Positions 53,186-62,308 are shown, counted from the stretch's first letter. The stretch: DNA of 64,000 nt from an uncultured Spirochaetales bacterium (GCA_902788205.1 CADAJJ010000009.1:119-64118), one strand, 5' to 3'. Numbers and translations are program-made. The notes: a model not told the origin generated them from the sequence alone.

Positions 53186-53779
53186 ATGAAGAGGTGTTCC
53201 ATCATCATGCATTCCATCGGCGGAAATTGTTACATTCTGGGTTCCTACTTCCAGGAATTGCTCAAGGACCGTGGTGTCGACGCGCGGCTGTACCGGGTCA
53301 AGGACGACGACCTGCATATCTGGGCGGAACGGCTGGACACGACCAACGAGTACTACGAGGAAATCCTTGCCCTGCCCGAGGCTGGTCTGGAGACGCTCCA
53401 CAAAAGCGACATGGTCATCCTCGGTTGTCCGACCCGTTTCGGAAACGTGACGGCGGAAATGAAGGCGTTTCTTGACACCTCGTTCGAGATGGGAGAAAGC
53501 CAGCAGCTTGCCGGCAAGCTGTTCGCCTGTTTCACCAGCTGTCTGCATTCGACCAACGAAGGAATCCACGCGCTTGACAACATGGTCTATTGGGCCCAGT
53601 CCCAAGGGATGATCCACATCCCGTTCGGAATCCATGTCAGTCCCAGCAACCTGGAGAACCAGCCCGCCAGCGGCATTGTCCATCTCGGTGGTCTGGATGG
53701 CGTGTTCCGCCCCAGCCAGCAGCTTGGAGAGCTGATGAGCTGTTACGCGGATACGCTCGCATCCTACCTGCAGGAATAA
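53186..53779 (+). CDS. Flavodoxin-like NAD(P)H:quinone oxidoreductase (WrbA-like)
   Basis: GCPTRFGNVTAEMKAFLD motif. ATG 53186 follows GGAGG. The stop directly abuts the convergent downstream stop. Confidence 0.75.
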   Translation: MKRCSIIMHSIGGNCYILGSYFQELLKDRGVDARLYRVKDDDLHIWAERLDTTNEYYEEILALPEAGLETLHKSDMVILGCPTRFGNVTAEMKAFLDTSFEMGESQQLAGKLFACFTSCLHSTNEGIHALDNMVYWAQSQGMIHIPFGIHVSPSNLENQPASGIVHLGGLDGVFRPSQQLGELMSCYADTLASYLQE

Positions 53780-54685
53780 TCAGCTCCGTCCGACCAACAC
53801 TTTGACACGTTCCCGCAAGCGCCAGAACCAGCCCTTGCTGAAGCGCTTCTTGTAGTCGCTGGCAGCTTCGGCGATGGTGACGTTCTGCCCCTCCTGGCGT
53901 TTCATCTCGTCCCAGTGGCGGACAATCCACATGTAGAGGTCCCCTTCTGTCTTGCCCGGAAACTTGGAGAGGATGTGCTCTTTGCGGATTTCCTCGACAA
54001 TCGGCTCATAGACGTGCTGGTACCAGCTTCTCGCTGCGTCGGCGAAGCTGATCTCCCCTTCCACGCCCTGGTTGATGAAGTACTTGTGGACCTGGATATG
54101 GTTGACCAGCTCGGCGTAAAAGCCAGGGGAGTTGCTGGTGATCCTGTCCATCGGCAGGAAGGTGTCGGCCTTGTACTGGGAGATGAACCGGTTCCGTTCG
54201 TAGGCGCAGACCTCGGCCTGCAGTTCCTTCAGGGTCATGCCGGGCTTCAGCTTGATCTCGCTGTCCAGCTCGACCACCTCGGCGTCGATATAGTCGATAC
54301 CCATCATCTTCGCCACCGAGACACGGTGGTTCCCGTCACGCACGAAATAGTTGTCTCCCACCTTGTAGACGGAAATCGGGGGAAGGATCACGTCCTCCCG
54401 GTTCAGCTCGTCAATCGAACGCCAACGGGCACGCAACATCTCCTTCTTCGGATAGAAAGCAAGGGAAAAGTCATGGTAGCGGCCCTCGCTGCCGATGATG
54501 TTCTTGACGGGGATGGTCTGCATGCCCCGATAGGTCTCCCCTTTGGGTTTGATCAGCCGGGTCACGTCATACAACGAGAGCAGGTTGGTATTTTTCCAGC
54601 GGAGGCCGGACAGGAGCGCCTGCATCTGGCCACGCCGTTTCGCCTTTTCAAAATCGTCGTTGGCCAAGTTGAAAAACTGGTTCAC
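53780..54685 (-). CDS. ParB/Srx-like domain protein with a long C-terminal helical region (DUF4032-like)
   Basis: VRDGNHRVSVAK (DGxHR ParB-nuclease-type motif). The GTG start forms a GTGA overlap with the upstream stop, preceded by GGAGGG. Confidence 0.65.
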   Translation of the reverse strand: MNQFFNLANDDFEKAKRRGQMQALLSGLRWKNTNLLSLYDVTRLIKPKGETYRGMQTIPVKNIIGSEGRYHDFSLAFYPKKEMLRARWRSIDELNREDVILPPISVYKVGDNYFVRDGNHRVSVAKMMGIDYIDAEVVELDSEIKLKPGMTLKELQAEVCAYERNRFISQYKADTFLPMDRITSNSPGFYAELVNHIQVHKYFINQGVEGEISFADAARSWYQHVYEPIVEEIRKEHILSKFPGKTEGDLYMWIVRHWDEMKRQEGQNVTIAEAASDYKKRFSKGWFWRLRERVKVLVGRS

Positions 54686-55365
54686 CGTTTCCCTCCAAGC
54701 TTGTCATCCTCGAGCAAGTATTTCTGATAGACATTGATCACCCTTGTCTGTTCAAATGTCGCGGCCCGAGGGGCATTGAAATCAGTCAAATGGATATGGC
54801 CATGCAAAAGGTACGCAGGTTTGAACTTGTGCATGAAATCGAGAAGGGCATGAAACCCTTCGTGGCAGGGGTCGGATTCGTCGTTGATCCCGAAGGGAGC
54901 GGCGTGGGTGACCAGAATGTCGATATAGCGACCGTGGACCAGTTTGTTCCAGTAGAGCCTGGGAAGCATGCGGAATATCCTCCACCGCATTTCCCGCTCC
55001 GTGTACTGGTGTCTGCCAAGGTTGTACCGCTTGCATCCCCCGAGTCCTCCGATGATCAGGTCGTGTTTCTTGTCGTAGAAGATCTTCCCCTCCAGGCACT
55101 CCCCGTCATACTCGGGAAGCAACGTCACGGGCGCATACCCAGGAAGGAGCGAGCGTCCGTCATTGACGAACTGGCTTAGCCGCTCGAGATTGTGGTTGCC
55201 GAAGACAAAGACGAGCTCCTTGTTCAAGGTGGAGATGATGTACTCATAGTATTTCAAGGGGAGGTCGCCGGCCGAGATGACGAGGTCGACATCCTTGTAT
55301 TCCTGCTTGATGTACTTGGAATAGACGAGGGGATCCACCTGGTCGGAAATACAAAGGATTTTCAT
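54682..55365 (-). CDS. Metallophosphoesterase
   Basis: ISDQ..., AGDL and FGNHN calcineurin-like phosphoesterase motifs; 227 aa. Confidence 0.8.
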   Translation of the reverse strand: MKILCISDQVDPLVYSKYIKQEYKDVDLVISAGDLPLKYYEYIISTLNKELVFVFGNHNLERLSQFVNDGRSLLPGYAPVTLLPEYDGECLEGKIFYDKKHDLIIGGLGGCKRYNLGRHQYTEREMRWRIFRMLPRLYWNKLVHGRYIDILVTHAAPFGINDESDPCHEGFHALLDFMHKFKPAYLLHGHIHLTDFNAPRAATFEQTRVINVYQKYLLEDDKLGGKR

Positions 55366-55368
55366 TTC

Positions 55369-55818
55369 TCACCCCCCAAAACCAGCAAGCTCCTTGCAAT
55401 CCCAACCTGGGGCAAGCGTCTTATCCCACAACTGGGTTTCCTCCAGCCTGGCAGGAGGAACGCTGAGCACTGAGAAAAGCGCCCATCCGTCGCTCTCCAC
55501 CGCCTGCCAGCATCCAGCGGGGACGATGGAGATTGCCTTCTTTCCCTCGGACGCCAACCCAAGGTCGTAGTGGCGCCATCCACCATCGGGCAGCAACACC
55601 AACTGGCGGGCATCACTGCCCTCAAGATAGCACCATGTCTGTTCGGAGGAAAGCCGGTGCAGCACTTGACGGCAAGAATCCGTCACCAAGACGTAGCTGG
55701 TAGTGCCGAGCAGGGATGAGCCAGAACGGTGCGTATAGACCTTCACTCCCATCCCCCCCTCCTTGAGCGGCTCAAGACCGAGCCGGTCGATCAGGCGCGT
55801 GATTGTCACATCGGCCAT
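55369..55818 (-). CDS. Cupin-superfamily protein (DUF985-like)
   Basis: 149 aa; LGLEPLKEGG N-terminal pattern and beta-rich sequence. The start overlaps the punA stop by 13 nt. Confidence 0.6.
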   Translation of the reverse strand: MADVTITRLIDRLGLEPLKEGGMGVKVYTHRSGSSLLGTTSYVLVTDSCRQVLHRLSSEQTWCYLEGSDARQLVLLPDGGWRHYDLGLASEGKKAISIVPAGCWQAVESDGWALFSVLSVPPARLEETQLWDKTLAPGWDCKELAGFGG

Positions 55819-56636
55819 CCGTGGACAATTTCCTTCACCAAGAGCTGGAAGCTTTTCTTCACCCGCTCGCCGGTCTCCAGCACTTCCTGATGGTTCAAGG
55901 GTTGGTCGAGGATACCGGCCGCCATGTTGGTCAGACAGGAGATGCCCAAGGTGCGCATCTGCATGTGGCTTGCGGCAATTGCCTCGGGAACGGTAGACAT
56001 ACCCACCGCATCGGCTCCAAGCAAGCGTGCCACGCGTACCTCGGCGGGGGTCTCGAAGTTCGGTCCGGTAAACAACTGGTATACTCCTTCATGGAGGGGA
56101 ATCCCGAGCTTTTCCGCACACTGTCTGGCATAGGCGCGAAGGTGCTTGTCGTAGGCATTGGACATGTCGAAAAAGCGCTCCCCCAGCTCATCAGGATTGG
56201 GTCCACGCAACGGACTATCGGGAATCAGCTTGATCTGGTCCTTGATCAGCATCAGGTCCCCTGGCTTCCATCCGGTGTTCACGCATCCCGCCGCATTGGT
56301 CAGCAGCAGATTGTTGATGCCAAGCATTTTCATGGTCTGGATCGGATAGACGACCTGGTCCATGCCATAGCCCTCGTAAAAGTGAAAACGCCCCTGCATG
56401 CAGGCGACACGCCGTCCTTGCAGTTTCCCGAATACGAACTGGCCTTTGTGGCCAGGCACGGTGGAAATAGGGAAATGGGGAATGGTCCGGTACGGAATAA
56501 CCACCGCGTCATCAATCTCATCCCCAAGTTCGCCAAGCCCGCTGCCCAGGACGATACCAATCTCAACCGGCTGGTCACCAATACGCGCACGGATAGCCTC
56601 GGCGGAAGCCTTCAGCTTAGTCATCAATTGTTCCAT
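55806..56636 (-). CDS. punA: Purine nucleoside phosphorylase (trimeric PunA type)
   Basis: GRFHFYEGY, TNAAG and VGMSTVPE motifs. ATG 56636 (MEQLMTKL) follows GAGGA; the ORF could extend to GTG 56654. Confidence 0.9.
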   Translation of the reverse strand: MEQLMTKLKASAEAIRARIGDQPVEIGIVLGSGLGELGDEIDDAVVIPYRTIPHFPISTVPGHKGQFVFGKLQGRRVACMQGRFHFYEGYGMDQVVYPIQTMKMLGINNLLLTNAAGCVNTGWKPGDLMLIKDQIKLIPDSPLRGPNPDELGERFFDMSNAYDKHLRAYARQCAEKLGIPLHEGVYQLFTGPNFETPAEVRVARLLGADAVGMSTVPEAIAASHMQMRTLGISCLTNMAAGILDQPLNHQEVLETGERVKKSFQLLVKEIVHGWPM

Positions 56637-56654
56637 AGCAAAATCCTCGCCCAC

Positions 56655-56663
56655 ATCATACCA
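56655..56663 (-). promoter_or_regulatory. Extended -10 element TGgTATGAT upstream of punA
   Basis: Lies 18 nt upstream of ATG 56636; the -35 is poor (TATCTG). Confidence 0.3.
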
Positions 56664-56694
56664 TAGACAGGGAAAAACAGATATCCAAAGACAG

Positions 56695-56720
56695 AAAAAG
56701 GGACGTCACCGTCCCCTTTT
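56695..56720 (-). terminator. Terminator downstream of the HMA-domain gene
   Basis: On the minus strand, GGGACG-gtga-CGTCCC is followed by TTTTTCTG. Confidence 0.6.
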
Positions 56721-56997
56721 CCTGTAGCCATGCTCGTCCATTTGCTTACACCGTGTACCCTTATGGGAGTGGTGTGTAATCATATCAAAGAACGATAACT
56801 AAGCCCAACACATAGTCGCGTCCATTCAAACGTTGACGGGCGGCCGACGCCTGCTCTTCATATCTGTGATGTACCTGTTCTTGCAGTGTACATCAGTTTT
56901 TCACAACAAGTTAGGGATTTTTTGATCCGTTTGTTCTTTTCCGTACTTCTATTTCCGTTATGCCAAGATGTTTGATTTGGCAGAACAATGTAGCGGA

Positions 56998-57372
56998 TTA
57001 CGCCTTTTGCTGTTCGCAACCCGTCATCTGGTATCCGGCTTCCCAGACAGCCTTGCGGAAAGCCTGCTCATGCTGGGGCTGCTTGGTCCGGACATCGGCG
57101 CTACGTTTGCCAAGGTCGACCCTGGCCCAGACACCGTCCATCCTGTTCAGCGCGTTCTCGACGTGGCGCTTGCAGTTCGAGCAGGTCATGCCTTCGATGG
57201 ACAAGACGTAATGGTAGGGATAGTGGGCGGAATCCTGGTCGTCAACCTTGAGACGCTTGACCCGGTCCTTTTCTCCACAGCAACCCCCACCATAGAGCAT
57301 CTTTCTCACCGTGCCCCGAACGGCAAACAGCACCACCAGCAATAGAACGAGAAGCACAACCGCGGTTCCCAT
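56998..57372 (-). CDS. Membrane-anchored heavy-metal-associated (HMA) domain protein
   Basis: TM helix followed by a GGGCCG Cys cluster and then the HMA motif GMTCSNC. GGAG RBS before ATG 57372. Confidence 0.75.
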   Translation of the reverse strand: MGTAVVLLVLLLVVLFAVRGTVRKMLYGGGCCGEKDRVKRLKVDDQDSAHYPYHYVLSIEGMTCSNCKRHVENALNRMDGVWARVDLGKRSADVRTKQPQHEQAFRKAVWEAGYQMTGCEQQKA

Positions 57373-57410
57373 AGGCAACTCCAATGGTTAGAAAAGCCTA
57401 ACCTACTGCA

Positions 57411-57439
57411 AAGATACGTATTCCTTTCCGTTTCGTCAA
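57411..57439 (-). promoter_or_regulatory. Candidate promoter TTGACG-17-TATCTT for the HMA gene
   Basis: Minus-strand hexamers at 57439-57434 and 57416-57411. Confidence 0.45.
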
Positions 57440-57446
57440 TCGACAC

Positions 57447-60400
57447 TCATCGTTGCCTGAGCTTGCCGGGATTCACTCCTGTCGCCTTCTTGAAGACGCG
57501 GCAGAAATAGGCCTGGTCCTGGAAGCCGGAACGGCTGGCGACCTCGCCCACCGTCAAGGTGGTCTGGCGCAACAGCTTCTTGGCGATGTCGATGCGGAGC
57601 CTGGTCAGATAGTCCCATGGGGAAAGACCAAGGTCCTTGCGGAAGATTCTGGTCAGGTAATCCTCGCTGACGTTGATCGCCTCGGCAAGTTGCCAGCGGC
57701 TGATCGCCTCGGTGGCATGATCATTCAGGAAGACGACCCCTCGCTTGACCAGCACCCCGGTCAGTGGGGCGAGCATCTCCGCCCCGCTGATGATTTCCTG
57801 CAAACGATGCAGGAAATCGTCGCTCTGGGCGATACAGGTGTTGGCGATTGAAAGGCCTGGAACCGAGGAAAGGGCCTCGACCTCCCCGTCGCTGAATTTC
57901 TCCTGCAAGACCAAAATCGGCACCTGGCTCCTGCGCCTGATGGCGGAAACCAGATCCTTGTCGATCCGGTCCATCACGCAAAGGGCCGGCTTCGCCTTGG
58001 TCTCGAGGCTCTCGAACGAGGCGATATCCTGGAACTGGTGGAAATCGCTGGGAATGGCAAGTTTCTCCAATCCGGAAGGCAAAGCCCCGAGCACGGCGAT
58101 CGCCTGGCCGTCTGCCATGGAATCTCCCTCCTTCAACGCGTCAAGAATCGTCTTGCACCCCGAAGGATAGTGCAGGCAAAGCACCGGAAGCTTGTCGGCC
58201 GAAGGCTGTTTCTCCAGCAGATGGATGGCAAGCAGGTATTCGTAGGAATGCTTGTCCGCATCAATCTCCACTGCCGCGCATTCCCCGACCATCGGCAGGA
58301 CCGCGCCAAAATCCTTCACGTTGACAAAGCGCTCCCCTTTGAGCAGGCCGGGAAGCTTGTCCCCATCCTCTCCCAGATACCAGACCCCCCCTTTACGATG
58401 AGGGGCGACCATCGGCGAAGTTGCCCGCAACGTCGGCCAGGGAAACAAGATGGTGACGGTGTGCTCGTGCAAGCTCAGCGACCCCGCTTGGTTCAGGCAG
58501 AGACGCTCGACCAGGCCCATGGCGAGCTCCCCCTTCCACTCGTCCGGGTTCCACGTGCCATCGGTGGTTCCCACCGTCATTTCCATACCATCCAGGGTAG
58601 CCCGATAGCTTTTTGCCATCACCTTGCCTGGCATGCACTCTTCCAGCGTATCCAGCATCCGCTTTGTCGTCTCCTCGTCGACGAAGACCGGCGGCAAGGA
58701 ATCATAGCTGGTCAGCAGGTAGTTCATCTCGTCCACATCCACGTGGGTCAGCGTCAGCTCGAACAGGTGCATGATCTTGCGCATTTTGCGCTTCTGCTCC
58801 GGGTCGGTGGCGCTTTGGATCAGCTCGAAGAAAGGCCCGCTGATGTTGTCGTTGACATTGGCAAGGAACTCGCCACGTAGCCGCTCGCTCCGTTCCGCGT
58901 TGTCCTTCGCCGTACGTGCCTCCTCAAACAGGAGAGTTCCCTTGACCGCCGAGGAAAGCGCGGTGCGCAACTCCTCAAGGAAAACCCCTTCGCACCGGTT
59001 GGCCTCAACCTTCAATACCGCATAGCCGAGCGGCTGGTTCTCCATGAAAAGCGGCTCGACGATATAGGTGCCTTTGGAAAGGGTGGCCCCCATCGCCTCG
59101 GGAAGCACCCGTTCCGATGGAAAGTGTTCCTGCTGGTCGTAGAGGACGCCACGCTCGAAACCGCCGATGAACAGGCTGTCGGAGTTGTCGCGGAGCACCA
59201 GGTACATGCCAGGGACACCCAAGGCCGGCAGCGTCCGCTGGCAAATAGGCATGATTTCCCCTAAGGAACGACTGCAGAGCAGGCGGTTCTTCAACATGTT
59301 CAACTGCTCGCTGCGCTGCTGGTTCTCGTACCGGTCCTCGTTGTCCAGGCGGACCTTGGCCCGCAGGAGCGCCACCTCGAGCGTACGGACAGTCTTGGAA
59401 TCCTGATAGAGCTGGTCATAGAGGGAAATCGATTCCTCGACGAACAGGCTATCTCCCTCATGATCCTTCAAGTAAGTGTACAGCACATCCTCGGCATCCT
59501 CTCCCGCCTGCAGGTCCTTCACCAAGCGGTCGACCAGCTCTCGGGGGAACCGCTCCCCTAGCCACGACTGAAAAGCGGGCAGGTTGCGGGCAAGACGTCC
59601 GGCATCTTCCCCAAAGGGATGCTGGCATCCGCAGGAGTGGCGGATGACCAAGGGCATGGGGAGCACGACATGCTGTTTCTCCACCGGAGCGCCATCCATC
59701 AGGCGGGTGATATCCTCCGTCGCATACGTGCAGATTGCTTCGACCGGCATATGGACGGTGGTCAAGGGGCAACGGAGGAACAGGCTCTCGGCGGTGTCGT
59801 TGAAGCCCACCATGTGGACATCCTGAGGAATACGGTACCCACGTTCCTCAAGCACCTTTCCCGCCTCGAAGCTCATCATGTCGCTCGAAGAGACCAGCGT
59901 GTCGAAATCCTTGCCCGGGACCAGATGGCGGGCATCCAGCAGCTCCAGGATCGCCTGCTTTCCCTCGGACCAGGAATGGGGCGAGGAGACCAGACGCTCC
60001 TCAAAGGAGATGCCGTTGTCCTTCAAACATTGGACAAAGCCGTCGTAGCGCTCCTGCGCCCCCGGATGGTTCTGGGGTCCGCGGATGAAAGCGATATGCT
60101 TCGCCCCGTGGACCTTGATGCAGTGCTCCACTCCCCCCATGACCCCATGATAGGAATCAAACCCCACATAGGGGTGGCCTGGCACTTCAAGGCCGAACGT
60201 GACAAACGGGACATCGAAAGACCGGTGGAAGGAAACCACCTCGGCAAGGGGTACGAAACCTCCAAGGGTCGAGCTCCAGCTGATCAAGCCCTGGATGTTG
60301 GTGGACGAGGCAAGCGGATAGACGATCTGGCGCAGATACTCGTAGTTCTCCGGACTTGAAAGCCTTCCCCCAGGGAAGACCAACAACGTATCCCCTTGGC

Positions 60401-60488
60401 TCTGGGCGATTGCGGCAATCTGCCGCCACACCCTTCGGGAGAGTCCGGCGTGAATCGATGCCAAGACCAGTCCAATTTTCCTATCCAT
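57447..60488 (-). CDS. 1013-aa hybrid regulator: LacI-type periplasmic-binding-fold sensor domain + long middle region + receiver-like segment + C-terminal AraC HTH
   Basis: The N-terminus resembles PBP type I sugar-binding cores (HIAFIRGPQNHPGAQERYDGF...VGFNDT). The C-terminus has AraC twin-HTH motifs (EDYLTRIFRKDLGLSPWDYL...GFQDQAYFCRVFKK). ATG 60488 is preferred. Confidence 0.8.
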   Translation of the reverse strand: MDRKIGLVLASIHAGLSRRVWRQIAAIAQSQGDTLLVFPGGRLSSPENYEYLRQIVYPLASSTNIQGLISWSSTLGGFVPLAEVVSFHRSFDVPFVTFGLEVPGHPYVGFDSYHGVMGGVEHCIKVHGAKHIAFIRGPQNHPGAQERYDGFVQCLKDNGISFEERLVSSPHSWSEGKQAILELLDARHLVPGKDFDTLVSSSDMMSFEAGKVLEERGYRIPQDVHMVGFNDTAESLFLRCPLTTVHMPVEAICTYATEDITRLMDGAPVEKQHVVLPMPLVIRHSCGCQHPFGEDAGRLARNLPAFQSWLGERFPRELVDRLVKDLQAGEDAEDVLYTYLKDHEGDSLFVEESISLYDQLYQDSKTVRTLEVALLRAKVRLDNEDRYENQQRSEQLNMLKNRLLCSRSLGEIMPICQRTLPALGVPGMYLVLRDNSDSLFIGGFERGVLYDQQEHFPSERVLPEAMGATLSKGTYIVEPLFMENQPLGYAVLKVEANRCEGVFLEELRTALSSAVKGTLLFEEARTAKDNAERSERLRGEFLANVNDNISGPFFELIQSATDPEQKRKMRKIMHLFELTLTHVDVDEMNYLLTSYDSLPPVFVDEETTKRMLDTLEECMPGKVMAKSYRATLDGMEMTVGTTDGTWNPDEWKGELAMGLVERLCLNQAGSLSLHEHTVTILFPWPTLRATSPMVAPHRKGGVWYLGEDGDKLPGLLKGERFVNVKDFGAVLPMVGECAAVEIDADKHSYEYLLAIHLLEKQPSADKLPVLCLHYPSGCKTILDALKEGDSMADGQAIAVLGALPSGLEKLAIPSDFHQFQDIASFESLETKAKPALCVMDRIDKDLVSAIRRRSQVPILVLQEKFSDGEVEALSSVPGLSIANTCIAQSDDFLHRLQEIISGAEMLAPLTGVLVKRGVVFLNDHATEAISRWQLAEAINVSEDYLTRIFRKDLGLSPWDYLTRLRIDIAKKLLRQTTLTVGEVASRSGFQDQAYFCRVFKKATGVNPGKLRQR

Positions 60489-60638
60489 GCACAAACCCCT
60501 TAAATCCAAAATGAGTACGGTTTTATCCAGTTTATCACAAGAGGCGGTTCCTACAAAAGATTCGCCAGGGGAGAACCGATTCAAACAAGGTGTGTAAATC
60601 CAGGGGAATCCGCCTTCATCTCCGAAGCGGACGAAAAG

Positions 60639-60669
60639 GGATAACTTGTTCCATCAGAAATGGTTATCC
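60639..60669. promoter_or_regulatory. Inverted repeat GGATAAC-N17-GTTATCC in the regulator/uxaB intergenic region
   Basis: Perfect 7-bp arms. Further TTATCC copies lie at 60523-60528 and 60687-60692. Confidence 0.4.
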
Positions 60670-60817
60670 ATAATCATAAGTGTTTTTTATCCAAAAGAAG
60701 GCGCACGCACGCCCATGGCTTGGTTTTGACAATGAAATATTGTTTCAAAAAATGTACGCTTCGTGTATACTTTTACTGCTTCCAAAGAAAATTACGCACA
60801 TAGTGTTTTGAGGAGAA

Positions 60818-62305
60818 ATGCATATGAAAAACATTCTTGATGTTCAGAAACCCGTTGACCGTCCCGTCCGCGTCCTGCAGTACGGAGAGGGCAACTTCCT
60901 GAGGGCATTCGTCGATTGGCACTTCGACATTCTCAACGAAAAGACCGACTTCAATGGCAACATCGTCCTGGTACAGCCCCTTGCCCGAGGCATGGGTGAT
61001 TTCATCAACAACCAGAAAGGCCTGTATACCACCGTCCTTCGCGGCATGCAGGACGGCAAGCCGACGGTGGAGACCCGCATCATCACCAGCGTCAAGGAGT
61101 GCCTGAACCCGTATGACGCCGAGCAGTACCAGAAGTACATGGCCTACGCCGACCTGGACACGCTCCGCTTCGTGATCTCCAACACGACCGAAGCCGGCAT
61201 TTCCTACGCCGAGGGTTGCAAGCTGACCGACACGCCACCCGCATCCTATCCGGCCAAGGCCTGCCAGTTCCTGTACCGCCGCTACAAGCACTTCGGTGGC
61301 GACCCGAAGAAGGGCCTGGTCTTCATCCCGTGCGAGTTGATCGAGGCCAATGGCGACAACCTGAAACGAATCATCCTCCAGTACGCCGCCGAGTGGAAGC
61401 TCGAAGACTCCTTCGTGAAGTGGGTCGAGGATTCCTGTGACTTCTGCTGCACCCTCGTCGACCGCATCGTCCCGGGCTACCCGAAAGCCGAGGCAGAGGA
61501 AATCTGCGAGAAACTCGGATACAAGGACAACCTGCTCGACTCCGCCGAGATTTTCCACCTGTGGGTCATCGAGTGCCACAAGGCGCCGCATAGCTACGAG
61601 AACGAGCTGCCGTTCAACAAAGCCGGCCTGAAGGTGGTCTGGACCGAGGACCAGAGCTTCTACCGTACCCGCAAGGTCCGCATCCTGAACGGCACGCATA
61701 CCATGTTCGTCCCCTCCAGCTTCCTTGCAGGACAGGATATCGTCCGAAACTGCATCGAGGACCCGACCCTGATCAAGTTCATCCGCAAGGGCCTGTTCGA
61801 GGAAATCATTCCCTCGATGGATGGCGATACCAACATGCTGAAGGAGTACGCCGAGGACGTGCTCGCCCGCTTCGACAACCCGTTCGTCGACCATATGCTG
61901 CTCTCCATCACGCTGAACAGCACCAGCAAGTTCAAGACCCGTGACCTTCCCTCCGTGCTTGGCTATGAGCAGAAGTTCGGCAAGGCTCCGGCCGTGCTCT
62001 CCTTCTCCATCGCCGGCCTGATCGCTTTCTACAATGGCAAGGACGTCCACGACAGACAGATGACCGGCATGCGCGACGGCAAGCCCTACTCGATCCAGGA
62101 TGACGAAAGCGCCCTCCATTTCTTCGAGGACCTCTACAAGAAGACCAGCGACCCGAAGGCGCTTGCCCATGAGACGCTGGCCCACCCCGCCTTCTGGGGA
62201 CAGGACCTGACCAGGCTCGCCGGTCTGGAAGAAGCGGTTGCGTCGAGCCTTGACGCCATCCAGAAGAAAGGCATGAAGCAGGCGATTGCCGATTTGGTGA
62301 AGTAA
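60818..62305 (+). CDS. uxaB: Tagaturonate reductase (altronate oxidoreductase), mannitol dehydrogenase family
   Basis: VLQYGEGNFLRAFVDW N-terminal signature. GAGGAG RBS; ATG 60824 is an equally good start. Confidence 0.9.
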   Translation: MHMKNILDVQKPVDRPVRVLQYGEGNFLRAFVDWHFDILNEKTDFNGNIVLVQPLARGMGDFINNQKGLYTTVLRGMQDGKPTVETRIITSVKECLNPYDAEQYQKYMAYADLDTLRFVISNTTEAGISYAEGCKLTDTPPASYPAKACQFLYRRYKHFGGDPKKGLVFIPCELIEANGDNLKRIILQYAAEWKLEDSFVKWVEDSCDFCCTLVDRIVPGYPKAEAEEICEKLGYKDNLLDSAEIFHLWVIECHKAPHSYENELPFNKAGLKVVWTEDQSFYRTRKVRILNGTHTMFVPSSFLAGQDIVRNCIEDPTLIKFIRKGLFEEIIPSMDGDTNMLKEYAEDVLARFDNPFVDHMLLSITLNSTSKFKTRDLPSVLGYEQKFGKAPAVLSFSIAGLIAFYNGKDVHDRQMTGMRDGKPYSIQDDESALHFFEDLYKKTSDPKALAHETLAHPAFWGQDLTRLAGLEEAVASSLDAIQKKGMKQAIADLVK

Positions 62306-62308
62306 GCG

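Noticed and set aside
55806-56636. PNP-domain protein as a defence-system effector
   Set aside because: The sequence has the full housekeeping PunA motif set and normal length. It is not fused to sensor or receiver domains, and no kinase or cyclase partners are nearby.
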